Shown: positions 1-9,534 of the stretch, piece by piece
Layout of the letters: each line of letters starts with the position of its first letter
How positions within the stretch are numbered: position 1 is the stretch's first letter
Virus record (IMG/VR): IMGVR_UViG_3300045988_014506
Length of the DNA stretch: 50,496 bases
From: a virus
Direction: 5' to 3' (one strand)
Program-made: the position numbers and the translations under genes
The notes under the pieces: model-generated
Database searches by the model: none
What the model saw: only the letters and a program-made list of their open reading frames with translations
What the model was told of the DNA's origin: nothing

Positions 1-48
1 TACTATTTCATTGTAACACATAAATCTGGAAAGTGCAATAGGTTTTTT
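1..48. repeat. Terminal direct overlap (identical to 50449-50496)
   Basis: Read directly: tactatttcattgtaacacataaatctggaaagtgcaataggtttttt occurs at both window ends. Consistent with a circular or circularly permuted genome of about 50448 bp. The sequence is also part of a multi-copy promoter cassette. Confidence 0.8.
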
Positions 49-2311
49 AAAATTTTATTTCTTCTCCATACCAATTAGTTGTAACTTCACAATCACACTT
101 AAATGGTAACTTGATTAAATCTGCTGGGGCTTCCCTCATAAGTAAAGATAACCTTTCAGCACACTCTTTAGCATTTTCTCGTGGACATTCTCCAATTACT
201 TCATCGTGTACTTGGATAATTAAATGGAAATCTAATTCTTTCATTCTAGCATCATTATTTATCTTTATCATTGCTAACTTAGCCATATCTGCTGCTGAAC
301 CTTGCACCCTAGCATTAACACACTGTCTCTCTGCTTGTGCTATAAATCCTCCATTATCTTTAATCTTAATACCACGACTTCGTGCTTCTTCTAATATTTG
401 AGATTTTTTCTGCCAACCAAAAGCCCCATTTAACTTACGAGTATATTCTCTCTTAATACTACTTGGTACTTCATTAGATATCTCCTGACCAAATGCCAAT
501 GGGTCAAAACCAATAGGATTTCCACCATCTAATGAGAATTCATAAGGTTCTAACTGCATATCAGGTAGATGTCTCCTTCTGCCCCAAGCAGTAGTTACAT
601 AACCTTTAGTCCTAGCCATATCTTGACTTTCATCAATAAAATTAGCAAGAGCAGGAAATGATGCCATAACCTTATCATATATCTTTTGAGCTTCTTTAGT
701 TGATACTCCTAACTGCTCACCAATAGATGGTATCTGTCTGCCATATAATATACCCAATACTATACTCTTAGCTTGAGTACGTCTTTCTTTACCTGCTGGA
801 TTAACTGTACCATCTTTTCTAAATTCCAGACACTCTTCATATGGTTTGCCAAAAGCCAATCCTGCTATAGTTGCATATATATCTTTTCCGTGGATAAAAG
901 CATCTTGCATAGTCTTATCATCTGAAAGATATGCAGTTACCATAGGTTCTTGCTGACTGTAATCTCCACCTATTAATACATAACCATCTTGAGCTTTAAA
1001 CATTGTTCTAATTTCTTTGTTATGAGAAGGTATGTTCTGCATATTAGGGTCACTTGAACTAAATCTGCCTGTCTTTGCTCCATACTGATTATAGTTACAG
1101 TGTATTCTTCCGTCAGTATGGACAATTTCTGGCATCTTATCAATATAAGTACTAAGTAACTTATCCACTTCCCTAATACCTAATATTGCTTCACATAAAT
1201 TTTTTTCTCTACCTTTAGCAAAATGCTTAAGTATATCTTCACCTGTTCCTCTAGGTGATGTCTTATTAGGACTCTCAAGTTTAAGAATATCATAGAACAA
1301 AATTGCAAGCTGAGTAGGACTACTTAAACTAATTGGGTCAGATAACTTATTATTTGGATGTTCCATACGATAAGTATCTACTAAGTCATCATACATTGCT
1401 AATGCTTCTTGTGCTTGTTTCTGTCTCTCATCTTTAATCTTATGATATTTTTCTATTAAGTTATTTGCTATATCGAAGTCAAGACATATACCTCTATCTT
1501 CCATATCACAGCATACTTTCATTACTGGCATCTCAATATTTCTAAATACATTGTAAGGACCTTCAAGGTCACAACTACTAAATAGATTTTCTTGATGCTT
1601 GTAAAGCTCATAAGTTTTTATAGCATCACCGGCTGCATATAAATATGCCACACTTATTGGAACTAAGTCAAATACTATTCCAGAAAATAACTTATCAAAT
1701 GTTAAACTTTCAGTATCTGTACTATCACAATACTTAAGATGTAAATCTTTAAGTCTATGACTTTCATTCTCATCTATACAATTTCCTGCTAGCATTGTAT
1801 CCCAATAACAGTTTAAATCTATGCCTATGGTATGTCTAACTACCCTTATATCGTACTTAGCATTGTGCATAATCCACTTACATCTTGGAGTATTATTAAA
1901 TTTTTCTAAGTACGGTTTTATATCAGCTTCGGTCAGCTGATTAGATGTTCTAGCACCTGTAACATAACTTTTATGGTTTATAGGTATATAAGCTGCCTTA
2001 AGTGTTGGTGTATATAAGCACACGCCAACTAAATCTAAAGTTAATGGATTTAATCCGGTTGTCTCAGTATCAATGGCACACACTTTATTCTTTATTGCTT
2101 CTTCAATATAGTTCTCAAAAGATTCTATATCTCTAATAATTATGTAGTCATCTTTATGGTGAGAGAGTTTTGCTTCTGCCATTGAAGACATTGCTTGTAT
2201 CTGGGTGGCTATATTACTGCCACCCTTTATACTGGAACGTGTCTTAGTTGACTTAGATTTCTTAACTATATCTTTGTCATTAACTTTAGGTCTGCTAAAT
2301 GATAAAGCCAC
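47..2311 (-). CDS. polA: Family A DNA polymerase (PolA-like) with 3'-5' exonuclease domain
   Basis: 754 aa. Exo I motif CAIDTETTGL. Pol motif A GGDYSQQEP, motif B RRTQAKSIVLGILYG, motif C QVHDEV. GTG start overlaps the upstream TAG (TAGTG). Confidence 0.9.
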   Translation of the reverse strand: MALSFSRPKVNDKDIVKKSKSTKTRSSIKGGSNIATQIQAMSSMAEAKLSHHKDDYIIIRDIESFENYIEEAIKNKVCAIDTETTGLNPLTLDLVGVCLYTPTLKAAYIPINHKSYVTGARTSNQLTEADIKPYLEKFNNTPRCKWIMHNAKYDIRVVRHTIGIDLNCYWDTMLAGNCIDENESHRLKDLHLKYCDSTDTESLTFDKLFSGIVFDLVPISVAYLYAAGDAIKTYELYKHQENLFSSCDLEGPYNVFRNIEMPVMKVCCDMEDRGICLDFDIANNLIEKYHKIKDERQKQAQEALAMYDDLVDTYRMEHPNNKLSDPISLSSPTQLAILFYDILKLESPNKTSPRGTGEDILKHFAKGREKNLCEAILGIREVDKLLSTYIDKMPEIVHTDGRIHCNYNQYGAKTGRFSSSDPNMQNIPSHNKEIRTMFKAQDGYVLIGGDYSQQEPMVTAYLSDDKTMQDAFIHGKDIYATIAGLAFGKPYEECLEFRKDGTVNPAGKERRTQAKSIVLGILYGRQIPSIGEQLGVSTKEAQKIYDKVMASFPALANFIDESQDMARTKGYVTTAWGRRRHLPDMQLEPYEFSLDGGNPIGFDPLAFGQEISNEVPSSIKREYTRKLNGAFGWQKKSQILEEARSRGIKIKDNGGFIAQAERQCVNARVQGSAADMAKLAMIKINNDARMKELDFHLIIQVHDEVIGECPRENAKECAERLSLLMREAPADLIKLPFKCDCEVTTNWYGEEIKF

Positions 2312-2640
2312 TACTTATCTTTATCTCTCTTCTTAGCAGACTTACTCTCTCTCTCACTCATTATGCTTTCTAATCCATCTCGTATTCCTTCTGCTACCAA
2401 CTCACCAATCTTTTCCATCACATCATCCCAACTCTTCGGCTGAGTATCATCTTCCGTTGTCTCATCTTTGCAAGGCTCACAATTACAACTTGGCGGACCG
2501 TCTATTCCGCGCTCAAAAGCTGCTCTTAAGACTTCTTCTGGGATATCACTTTTTAAACTATTAACTAATGTGCTAAACTCTGCTAATATAATTCCGCTTG
2601 TTCCTTCAATATGCACTAAACCTAAATTACACTTAATCAT
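2311..2640 (-). CDS. hypothetical protein (109 aa)
   Basis: ORF track. GGAGG 7 nt upstream of ATG. No recognisable motif. Confidence 0.6.
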   Translation of the reverse strand: MIKCNLGLVHIEGTSGIILAEFSTLVNSLKSDIPEEVLRAAFERGIDGPPSCNCEPCKDETTEDDTQPKSWDDVMEKIGELVAEGIRDGLESIMSERESKSAKKRDKDK

Positions 2641-2652
2641 TATATATTCCTC

Positions 2653-3309
2653 CTATCTACCAACTCTTCGGCTGGAACCTCTTCTTGAACTTACATTGCT
2701 ATCAGAACCTCGTCTTCTAATATTATCATTTCTAACGGGTGCATTATCATCTTCCTGTGGAAACTCGCCAGTATCTAGATATGTCTGCATCTCATCTGGG
2801 TTCTTATCCATAATAAAACCGCCAATAAATTCAGGCCTTTCTACTTCAGAAACATCAACAGGTTCCACATCTGGCATAGGGAATATCTCATACTGAGTTT
2901 TCTTATCACCTGCTGCTCCCCTTCTTTCAATCTCAAATACCATATTACTAAGATTAGGATATCTATTAAAGAGTGCTTCAATTTTCTTTCTAAAAGTCTT
3001 ACCTCTTTCCCAAATCTTCACTTTACCATCAGCGTGGTCATACATTGATAGTATCATAACTGGTTTTATTGGCATACCTGCCGCACAGAATGGGCAGTCA
3101 TCAATAGGTGAGTCATAATCTCTCTTACAATCTACATACCTATCATAGTCTCCTACCTTAACTTTGTGGCAAGCAAAAGTATCAAGTTCTCCATAATTAT
3201 TATAGAGGAACTGTACCCTGGCAACATCGCCATCATTCTGAAGTTTTAACCAATCAGTTGAGTTACCACTTCCATACTTATCCATATCATCTGGATTAAT
3301 TCTTCCCAT
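2653..3309 (-). CDS. putative gp32-like single-stranded DNA-binding protein
   Basis: 218 aa. H-x12-C-x10-C-x2-C (HKVKVGDYDRYVDCKRDYDSPIDDCPFC) closely parallels the T4 gp32 zinc site H-x12-C-x9-C-x2-C. Lies next to the polymerase. SD AAAGGAG. The C-terminal tail is basic, not acidic. Confidence 0.5.
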   Translation of the reverse strand: MGRINPDDMDKYGSGNSTDWLKLQNDGDVARVQFLYNNYGELDTFACHKVKVGDYDRYVDCKRDYDSPIDDCPFCAAGMPIKPVMILSMYDHADGKVKIWERGKTFRKKIEALFNRYPNLSNMVFEIERRGAAGDKKTQYEIFPMPDVEPVDVSEVERPEFIGGFIMDKNPDEMQTYLDTGEFPQEDDNAPVRNDNIRRRGSDSNVSSRRGSSRRVGR

Positions 3310-3438
3310 ACTAATTCTCCTTTCTACTTTTGGGTCTTTTTTGTTCTTGAAGTATATTCCCAGCTTTATTCTACTTCTTTCCCCAATGAACGCATTTCTG
3401 ATATCCGGTCCTTTGTAGTTTTTGTCTGCCAGGGAAAA

Positions 3439-3525
3439 GCGTAAGGAAGGAATCGAACCTACTCACCTAGTCAGATTATTTCAGTACCTTAGTCTGCTAG
3501 AGCTCTACCATTGAGCTACTTACGC
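3439..3525 (-). tRNA. tRNA-like gene, isotype unresolved (aberrant anticodon region)
   Basis: Minus-strand read: GCGTAAG-TA-GCTC-AATGGTA-GAGC ... GTAGG-TTCGATT-CCTTC-CTTACGC. It has a perfect 7-bp acceptor stem, a canonical D arm and a GGTTCGATTCC T arm with one T.T mismatch. 39 nt lie between the D and T arms where a class I tRNA has about 23. No CCA is encoded. Confidence 0.5.
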
Positions 3526-3691
3526 ATAAGATGCTTACCTTTGGATGGTAAAGATAAGCACCCTGTAATAAATAAATATATAGAGTCTCCAGTATTCCTA
3601 ACCATTTTATTTCTGGAGTGACTTATCACTTTAACAACTAGGTACAAAATGAAACTAAAACACCTATCTGGTTAGCACAAGTCATAATAAA

Positions 3692-4192
3692 CTATTTAAT
3701 TATATCTAAAACTTTAGTAGCATATCCTATTTCATAATCTACAGTATATGGTTTTCCACTAAAGTAGACTTTAATATATTTCTGTCTAACTTCAACATAT
3801 GCTATATTCTTCTTTTCACCTTTATTCTTAACAGCCATACAACCTGGTGAACTAGTATATTCTTTAACATCAAAATCTCTAGATAATGCTTCAAGCACAT
3901 TCTTATAATATTGTGTTCTGTCTATTTTATTTGATGACTTTCTACTTCTATTAGTAGGTTTCTTGCTACTTTTTTCTTCACTGTCTGAAGATATATCACC
4001 AGCAGTATTTTGTTCTTCACTAATAAGTGAGTACCATCTTCTAATAGTGGCATATCCCACACAAATTGACTTGCCTTTATTCTTTCCATTCTCGTACTCA
4101 TAGATAACTGTTTTTCTAATATCATCTACTTCTATAATTCTTATAACAGTTTCATTATCTCTCTTGCTTAAATACTTTTCTCCAATATTCAT
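3692..4192 (-). CDS. hypothetical protein (166 aa)
   Basis: The track ORF starts at a GTG at 4231. I prefer the ATG at 4192 (MNIGEKY), which is preceded by AAAGGAG. Confidence 0.6.
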   Translation of the reverse strand: MNIGEKYLSKRDNETVIRIIEVDDIRKTVIYEYENGKNKGKSICVGYATIRRWYSLISEEQNTAGDISSDSEEKSSKKPTNRSRKSSNKIDRTQYYKNVLEALSRDFDVKEYTSSPGCMAVKNKGEKKNIAYVEVRQKYIKVYFSGKPYTVDYEIGYATKVLDIIK

Positions 4193-4278
4193 AATATTTC
4201 TCCTTTTCTCTTTACCAACCACCACTACCACTTATATTATTGGTGTTTTAAGTGTTATCGCCTCACTATTAAGTTTAC

Positions 4279-4422
4279 TTACTGGTCGTCTTCTAACTGG
4301 TCTATATCATACTTTCCTTCTTCAATGGTTTGCACTTCCCAGCTATCTGAACCATCATTACTTTCTACTTTATAATGGTCTTTGTAATGCTTTATAGTGT
4401 AACCTTTGTAGTTAACATCCAT
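4279..4422 (-). CDS. small hypothetical protein (47 aa), first gene after an early promoter cassette
   Basis: Hand-translated: MDVNYKGYTIKHYKDHYKVESNDGSDSWEVQTIEEGKYDIDQLEDDQ. AAGGAGG lies 7 nt upstream. Below the track length cutoff. Confidence 0.45.
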   Translation of the reverse strand: MDVNYKGYTIKHYKDHYKVESNDGSDSWEVQTIEEGKYDIDQLEDDQ

Positions 4423-4503
4423 ATAAACTACCTCCTTATTTATTTATTACTATTTTATTGTAACACATAAATCTGGAAAGTGCAATAAGTTTTTTAAAAT
4501 TTA
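4423..4503 (-). promoter_or_regulatory. Early promoter cassette, copy 1
   Basis: Minus strand: TTGCAC (-35, 4480-4485), 17-nt spacer, TACAAT (-10, 4457-4462) preceded by TGT (extended -10), then an AT-rich leader and GGAGG. The core is near identical to the copies at 38243, 43649 and 50424. Confidence 0.75.
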
Positions 4504-5442
4504 TTAAAAAATTTTTTTAAGTTTTAAGAAATCTTCTTGGAGTTCATTTATATCCCTACCATCTTGGTAATCTAATTCTTTAATAATCTTACCTTTTACA
4601 TAGTACCTAAATCTCTCGGTTGCCTTCCTACCAGCATCATCTGGGTCAAAAGCAAGTATATAAGTTCTAACAGGTAATTTGCTCAATATATCATACTGAA
4701 ACTGATTTCCAGTACCAATCATTGCCATACCCGGTACATTATACTTCCAACCTGTTAAGCAGTTTAGAAAACTTTCAGTTATCATTGCTTCTTTGTACTT
4801 ACCTGAAGTAAACATATTAGCACAGTATATAGGCTTGCTCTGTTCTTTAGGTAATCCAAAAAACTTAGTCTTAACTGACCTGGTTGCTACAAATACTACT
4901 CTTCCGTCTAAATCTTTAATTGGGAAAGTTAAGCAGTCCCTCTTTGAGTCATAACCAATATCAAACCTTTCTATAATATCATCAGTTAATCCTCTTTCAT
5001 ACATATAAGGATGGATGTATCTATAACTATCTAATTCTTCTTCGGTTATATCATTAATTTCTTGGGTTTCTCTGCGGTTTCTAATATCTCCTGTAAATAT
5101 CATAGGTCTCGTCTCTATCTCAAGAGAATTAAATCGCTTTACTAACCATCTTGTTCCAAACTTTCCATTATCTATATAACCAAAAAGTTCGCTAATCATC
5201 TCAGATATTGTGCCACTCCAACCACAAGTAAAGCAATGGCACTTTCCATCATCTATATTTATGCCAAAAGAAGGTTTACGTTCTTGACCATTCTTATGGA
5301 ATGGACAGTTTGTCTGAATATTTCTACCATTAGGTCTAAACATCATAAATCTATCCACTCCTTTGATATATAGTTCTGACTTTAAAGTATTTAGAACATC
5401 TTGCATATCTGCTTGGATTATAGTTTCTTCTAACTTAATCAT
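4504..5442 (-). CDS. dnaG: DNA primase (CHC2 zinc finger + TOPRIM)
   Basis: 312 aa. Zinc finger CPFHKNGQERKPSF...CHCFTCG. TOPRIM-like ITESFLN and AFDPDDAGRKA. Confidence 0.85.
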   Translation of the reverse strand: MIKLEETIIQADMQDVLNTLKSELYIKGVDRFMMFRPNGRNIQTNCPFHKNGQERKPSFGINIDDGKCHCFTCGWSGTISEMISELFGYIDNGKFGTRWLVKRFNSLEIETRPMIFTGDIRNRRETQEINDITEEELDSYRYIHPYMYERGLTDDIIERFDIGYDSKRDCLTFPIKDLDGRVVFVATRSVKTKFFGLPKEQSKPIYCANMFTSGKYKEAMITESFLNCLTGWKYNVPGMAMIGTGNQFQYDILSKLPVRTYILAFDPDDAGRKATERFRYYVKGKIIKELDYQDGRDINELQEDFLKLKKIF

Positions 5443-6707
5443 TAGTATTCCTCATCTTCATCTTTATAACGCCTTCTAATATTCTCGGCTTTTTCTTCAT
5501 CATTTATTCCGCTGTTACCACTTGGTACATATTCAAACTTACCTACATCAATATCCCATAGATAAGTCAACTTAGCACTATTACTACTATTTCTAGATTT
5601 CTTTATGCTTAATTGAAGTCCCGGGTCTTTCTGCTGAACCGCAAGTACCAGTGAAGCATTATAAGCAATACCATCACTATCTCTAATGTTCTCAAGTTCT
5701 AAGTCTTCATTATGTACTCCCTCTCTATTTGACTGGCATACAACTATTACTGGAATCTTTAATTCAATAGATAAATTCATCAAATCTTCGCTAATGTTAG
5801 TTAACTGTGTGGTTCTGCTATCACCTCGTTCTTTTCTTTCATCCGTTAAGTAAGAAATACCATCAATAGCAAGCACATCTATGTTATTATTTTCTACCCA
5901 GCTTTTAAGCTTACTTACTGTAACTTTTCTTTGGAAATCTTTTGGGTGTGCCACAAAGAATGGTACATCACTATTACTTAAGTTTTCTATATATCTATCG
6001 TAACCTTGTATATCATTACCACGAGTCAAACTACTATTAGATATGTGCTTGTGAAGTGTATCAAATCTATAACCAGTTTTAATTGAACTCATCTCAGGTT
6101 CTAATAAACCAATTCTTTTATTCATTTTCCACATATGTTCTAGCATTTTAAGTGACACCCAAGTTTTACCTTGCCCTGTTCTTGCAAAGATTACCACAAG
6201 TTCTTCTCCCATATGATAACCTCCGATAACCTCGTCTAATTCTTCAAAACCAGTTGGTATAAAGTGTGTATCTTTACTTTCTTTTGTTTCTTTATACTCT
6301 TTTAATCTTTCACCTGCTTGACTTATAATATCCACACCTTTTACTGCTTGTGCTACTTTTAATTCTGGAATCTTAGATTTTAAATAATCTACAGCTTCAT
6401 AAGAATTAGTTTGAAGTAACTCCGATAACTTAGTTATTATAGGCACACTTAAAGAGTAAAGATATTCTTCCCTAAAAGTATTAACTAAATATTCTGTGCT
6501 TTCTGATACTTGTATAACATCAAAATCTGGGTATTTAGCAAGGAATGTCTCAATGTTGGGTATATTCCCATATTCTTCTTTATGCTTCTTAATATACTCC
6601 CATTCTTCCTTATACTGGTTAAAATAATCATCAGTTATTCCATTTAGAGATATGATACTATCTGACTGGTCAGAAAGGACTTTATTAATTATCTGCAATT
6701 CTACCAT
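5442..6707 (-). CDS. dnaB: Replicative DNA helicase (DnaB family)
   Basis: 421 aa. Walker A ARTGQGKTW, Walker B VLAIDGISYL, CQSNRE arginine-finger region. DnaB-like N-terminal domain. Confidence 0.9.
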   Translation of the reverse strand: MVELQIINKVLSDQSDSIISLNGITDDYFNQYKEEWEYIKKHKEEYGNIPNIETFLAKYPDFDVIQVSESTEYLVNTFREEYLYSLSVPIITKLSELLQTNSYEAVDYLKSKIPELKVAQAVKGVDIISQAGERLKEYKETKESKDTHFIPTGFEELDEVIGGYHMGEELVVIFARTGQGKTWVSLKMLEHMWKMNKRIGLLEPEMSSIKTGYRFDTLHKHISNSSLTRGNDIQGYDRYIENLSNSDVPFFVAHPKDFQRKVTVSKLKSWVENNNIDVLAIDGISYLTDERKERGDSRTTQLTNISEDLMNLSIELKIPVIVVCQSNREGVHNEDLELENIRDSDGIAYNASLVLAVQQKDPGLQLSIKKSRNSSNSAKLTYLWDIDVGKFEYVPSGNSGINDEEKAENIRRRYKDEDEEY

Positions 6708-7372
6708 TTATAATTAGTCCTCCTTTTATCTTTTTCCTTAAACTCAACTACTTCACTACATCCAAACAATCTACTAGATAATCTATCTCCCATTAATTTA
6801 TAGCAAGCTTCTTTTCCACAGTTACCTGTAAATATATTTGACTTACCTGCATTTATTCTGGCATCTATATATTGAAGTACTATCTGATGCTCATAAGATG
6901 TAAATTCTGAACTTGGTAAGTCATCCCATACTACCAGTTCACATTCTTCTATATGCTTACATAATGCTTCAAATCCTTCTACTTTCTGAGATATATTACG
7001 CTTACAGTTATATAGAAATTGTGGTACATTTATAAATAATCCGTGGCAATCAAATCCTGACTTATGCCAGATTGTATCAAAGTAAGAACACATAAGTTTA
7101 ACTGCCCAACTTGTCTTACCATTACCACATATTTCTGAGTATATATATACATTTCTACCTGACTCAACAAATATATCCATATTATCAGATATAGCTTTTA
7201 ACTGCTTAAATGCTTCAGCATCTACTATATCACAAACTAAGGGTTTAATCTCCCACAAGTATTCAGGTATATTAGAATGCTCAAAAAGCGAACGCATACA
7301 GTTATACCTTATACAAGACTCTGAGCATTTATTCTTGCACTTCTGCTTATACCAGCATTTGCTCAAATCCAT
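6701..7372 (-). CDS. DnaC/IstB-like AAA+ helicase loader (putative)
   Basis: 223 aa. Walker A GNGKTS, Walker B VVWDDLP, downstream NIFTGN...GDRLSSRL pattern typical of DnaC. Cys-rich N-terminus. Sits immediately upstream of dnaB. Confidence 0.6.
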   Translation of the reverse strand: MDLSKCWYKQKCKNKCSESCIRYNCMRSLFEHSNIPEYLWEIKPLVCDIVDAEAFKQLKAISDNMDIFVESGRNVYIYSEICGNGKTSWAVKLMCSYFDTIWHKSGFDCHGLFINVPQFLYNCKRNISQKVEGFEALCKHIEECELVVWDDLPSSEFTSYEHQIVLQYIDARINAGKSNIFTGNCGKEACYKLMGDRLSSRLFGCSEVVEFKEKDKRRTNYKW

Positions 7373-7377
7373 ATTTT

Positions 7378-7707
7378 TTATTCCTTTCTTAACAATAATC
7401 TTCTTGCTTCCATTAAACTATCAATGGTATCAGTTAAGCTGGTTACTCTAACTCTTAAAGCTTTAACTGTTCTATCTATATCTTCAACATCAATGGCAAT
7501 CCAATATCCATCATAAGTTGTAGAACATATTGGATGTCCATCATCTCTTAATTTCTGTACTAACTTAACTACTGTTCTTTTATCACAACCCAATCGGAAT
7601 GCTAAATGCTTACAACTTACCGAGTTATGCTTTCCTTCAGGTATTGACTGCAGTAGTAATTCTTTCATATATTCTTCTGTATTATTATCTCTTACAAACT
7701 TTACCAT
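7378..7707 (-). CDS. putative winged-helix DNA-binding protein
   Basis: 109 aa. HTH-like segment SCKHLAFRLGCDKRTVVKLVQKLRDDG. SD AGGAG. Confidence 0.45.
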   Translation of the reverse strand: MVKFVRDNNTEEYMKELLLQSIPEGKHNSVSCKHLAFRLGCDKRTVVKLVQKLRDDGHPICSTTYDGYWIAIDVEDIDRTVKALRVRVTSLTDTIDSLMEARRLLLRKE

Positions 7708-7894
7708 CTTTTTTCTCCTTTTTATTCTTTTTAATCTGACTTAATATCTTTTCTTGTTCTTCTCGTTCTTCTTTCCAATGTTTCTTATCATATTCATCAG
7801 CATTCTTAGACATAATCAGAAACCAAAGTATATTACCAAATATATAAAAGATTAATACTACCAGAACTATAAATGCTATCATTAGTTCATCCAT
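7685..7894 (-). CDS. small membrane protein (69 aa)
   Basis: One hydrophobic helix (IAFIVLVVLIFYIFGNILWFLIM) followed by a K/E-rich tail. Confidence 0.5.
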   Translation of the reverse strand: MDELMIAFIVLVVLIFYIFGNILWFLIMSKNADEYDKKHWKEEREEQEKILSQIKKNKKEKKDGKVCKR

Positions 7895-7910
7895 ATTTCT
7901 TATTCCTTTC

Positions 7911-8699
7911 TTAGAAAATAAACCTAGGGTTATTCATCATACTATCCACCCTACTGTTATGGTCCTCTATTGATTCTTTATCTGTGTTATCTAATCTATA
8001 TGACTGCTTACTTGACTTCTGAGTATTTATAAATATTCCTTTATAACCATTTCTAATGGAATTATTTATTGCTTCTAACTGGGAATGCTCATCTACACCA
8101 GCTAAAGTATCTAATGTTAAAGTCAACTGGTTTTCAGCAGGATAGTCTCCTTTATCAATTCTATCCGAATAAAAATCTAAAATCTTATCCATAACTTTTT
8201 CTGAGAATTCATATTCAGCAAACTTACCTAAAACTTTGTCTAGATATCTGTCTTTCTTGGTTTTAGATTTCTTTTCGTTTTTTAAATCTTTATTTACTTT
8301 ATCTTTATTTACTTTATCTTTATTTAATTGTTGTGGTTTTTCTATATGTTGATTTTCTACATATAGATTTTCTGTACCTTGTTTTTTACCATCTTGTTTT
8401 TTAGGACTCTCAAAGAAGTTATACTCATATTCAAATCTACCTGAATCTGTTTGACTCGGAAGTTTCTTAATAACTACAAGATATCCATTGTTCTTTAATT
8501 CTTCAAGGGCAGAATTAATTGCTGTCCTATTCTCTTTACAGATTGAAACTAAACCATTCACTGTATAGTCCCAGTTATCAGGTAAAGATAATACTAAACT
8601 TAAAAGCCCTTTAGCTTTAAGAGTGAGATTATCATCTCGCAAGTGATAATTACTCATAACTGTATAATTACTATTCTTTTCAACTCTACATATTGACAT
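7911..8699 (-). CDS. putative replication initiator / replisome organizer (N-terminal wHTH, DnaD-like C-terminus)
   Basis: The N-terminal pattern NYTVMSNYHLRDDNLTLKAKGLLSLVLSLPDNWDYTVNGL is typical of Firmicutes phage/plasmid initiator HTH domains. Start moved to the ATG at 8699, which is preceded by AAGGAGG. Lies upstream of the loader/helicase/primase genes. Confidence 0.5.
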   Translation of the reverse strand: MSICRVEKNSNYTVMSNYHLRDDNLTLKAKGLLSLVLSLPDNWDYTVNGLVSICKENRTAINSALEELKNNGYLVVIKKLPSQTDSGRFEYEYNFFESPKKQDGKKQGTENLYVENQHIEKPQQLNKDKVNKDKVNKDLKNEKKSKTKKDRYLDKVLGKFAEYEFSEKVMDKILDFYSDRIDKGDYPAENQLTLTLDTLAGVDEHSQLEAINNSIRNGYKGIFINTQKSSKQSYRLDNTDKESIEDHNSRVDSMMNNPRFIF

Positions 8700-8760
8700 A
8701 TTAATAACCTCCTTGGTAATTATAGTGCGTGCCCGCTTAATGGACACGCACTTAAAGTAA

Positions 8761-9312
8761 CTACATATTTAGAACATCATCAACTTGCTTATCTACTTCG
8801 CTATTAACTTTTGCCCAAAGTTTTTCCCTGACTTCATCAACTTGTTCTGGTGTTTTAATTACCATTGGGTCAACTGCCCATTCTTCTTCAGCTGTAAACT
8901 TATAATAAGTATCATTCTTCTGTATAGTACAACCACTCATATATCTAATAGATACAGGCACAACACCTTCTGGTATACTATTAGAAGGTTCATCTGCTGC
9001 AGCGTCTTGGGTATTCTCTGCATTTTTATCTTTACTTGTATTGTTGGAAACCTTTGACTGTTTCTTGTCAGAATCTTTAGCCTCTGATTTCTCAGATTTA
9101 TTTTCTTCTTTTACTGCTCTTTCATCTTCAGGTGGGTTCATATCTTTTTCTATTGGATTACTTTCCTCTTCAACTTCAACCTTTTCTTTACTTGGTTCAT
9201 AACCAGCACATTGGTCACAAGATATAGTTTTACCTTCTACTACCATATCTACACCATTGCAATCTTTACAATATTCATCACTGGCATCTCCTGCCCATTT
9301 ACACTTATACAT
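8761..9312 (-). CDS. hypothetical protein with N-terminal Cys4 zinc ribbon and acidic linker
   Basis: 183 aa. CKWAG..CKDC...CDQC. SD GGAGG. Confidence 0.55.
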   Translation of the reverse strand: MYKCKWAGDASDEYCKDCNGVDMVVEGKTISCDQCAGYEPSKEKVEVEEESNPIEKDMNPPEDERAVKEENKSEKSEAKDSDKKQSKVSNNTSKDKNAENTQDAAADEPSNSIPEGVVPVSIRYMSGCTIQKNDTYYKFTAEEEWAVDPMVIKTPEQVDEVREKLWAKVNSEVDKQVDDVLNM

Positions 9313-9329
9313 TTTAATTTCCTCCTATT

Positions 9330-9521
9330 TTATGATTTTTTTATAGGTTTCTTTGAAACCTTAGATTTTAATCCAGCTATGCTATCTAATATTTTCTTAG
9401 CCATTGACTTCTTGTATTTATCATCTGACTTAATAGCTGCTCTTCTTTCAAATCCTAAGAATGGATTTGACCTATGGTAACTTCTATGACTTCTTTGCTT
9501 ATGCTTTAATGCTCCTGCCAT
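9330..9521 (-). CDS. small highly basic protein (63 aa)
   Basis: ORF track. SD GGAGG. K/R/H-rich. Confidence 0.5.
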   Translation of the reverse strand: MAGALKHKQRSHRSYHRSNPFLGFERRAAIKSDDKYKKSMAKKILDSIAGLKSKVSKKPIKKS

Positions 9522-9534
9522 AATATCCTCCTAA

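Noticed and set aside
3439-3525. Suppressor tRNA (amber, ochre or opal)
   Set aside because: A CTA triplet exists, but it is preceded by GA rather than the conserved U33, and no 5-bp stem with a 7-nt loop can be drawn around it. No TCA or TTA triplet is available. No in-frame TAG or TAA interruptions were seen in the genes.
3922-4125. The nested minus-strand ORFs 3922-4125 and 24459-24650
   Set aside because: Each is fully contained in a longer ORF in another frame, with no SD and odd composition.
8725-8751. GC-rich hairpin GTGCGTG-13 nt-CACGCAC as a terminator
   Set aside because: The stem is real and stands out in AT-rich sequence. On the minus strand it is followed by TATAATTACC rather than a U-tract, so I did not call it a terminator. 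It may be regulatory for the initiator-like gene.
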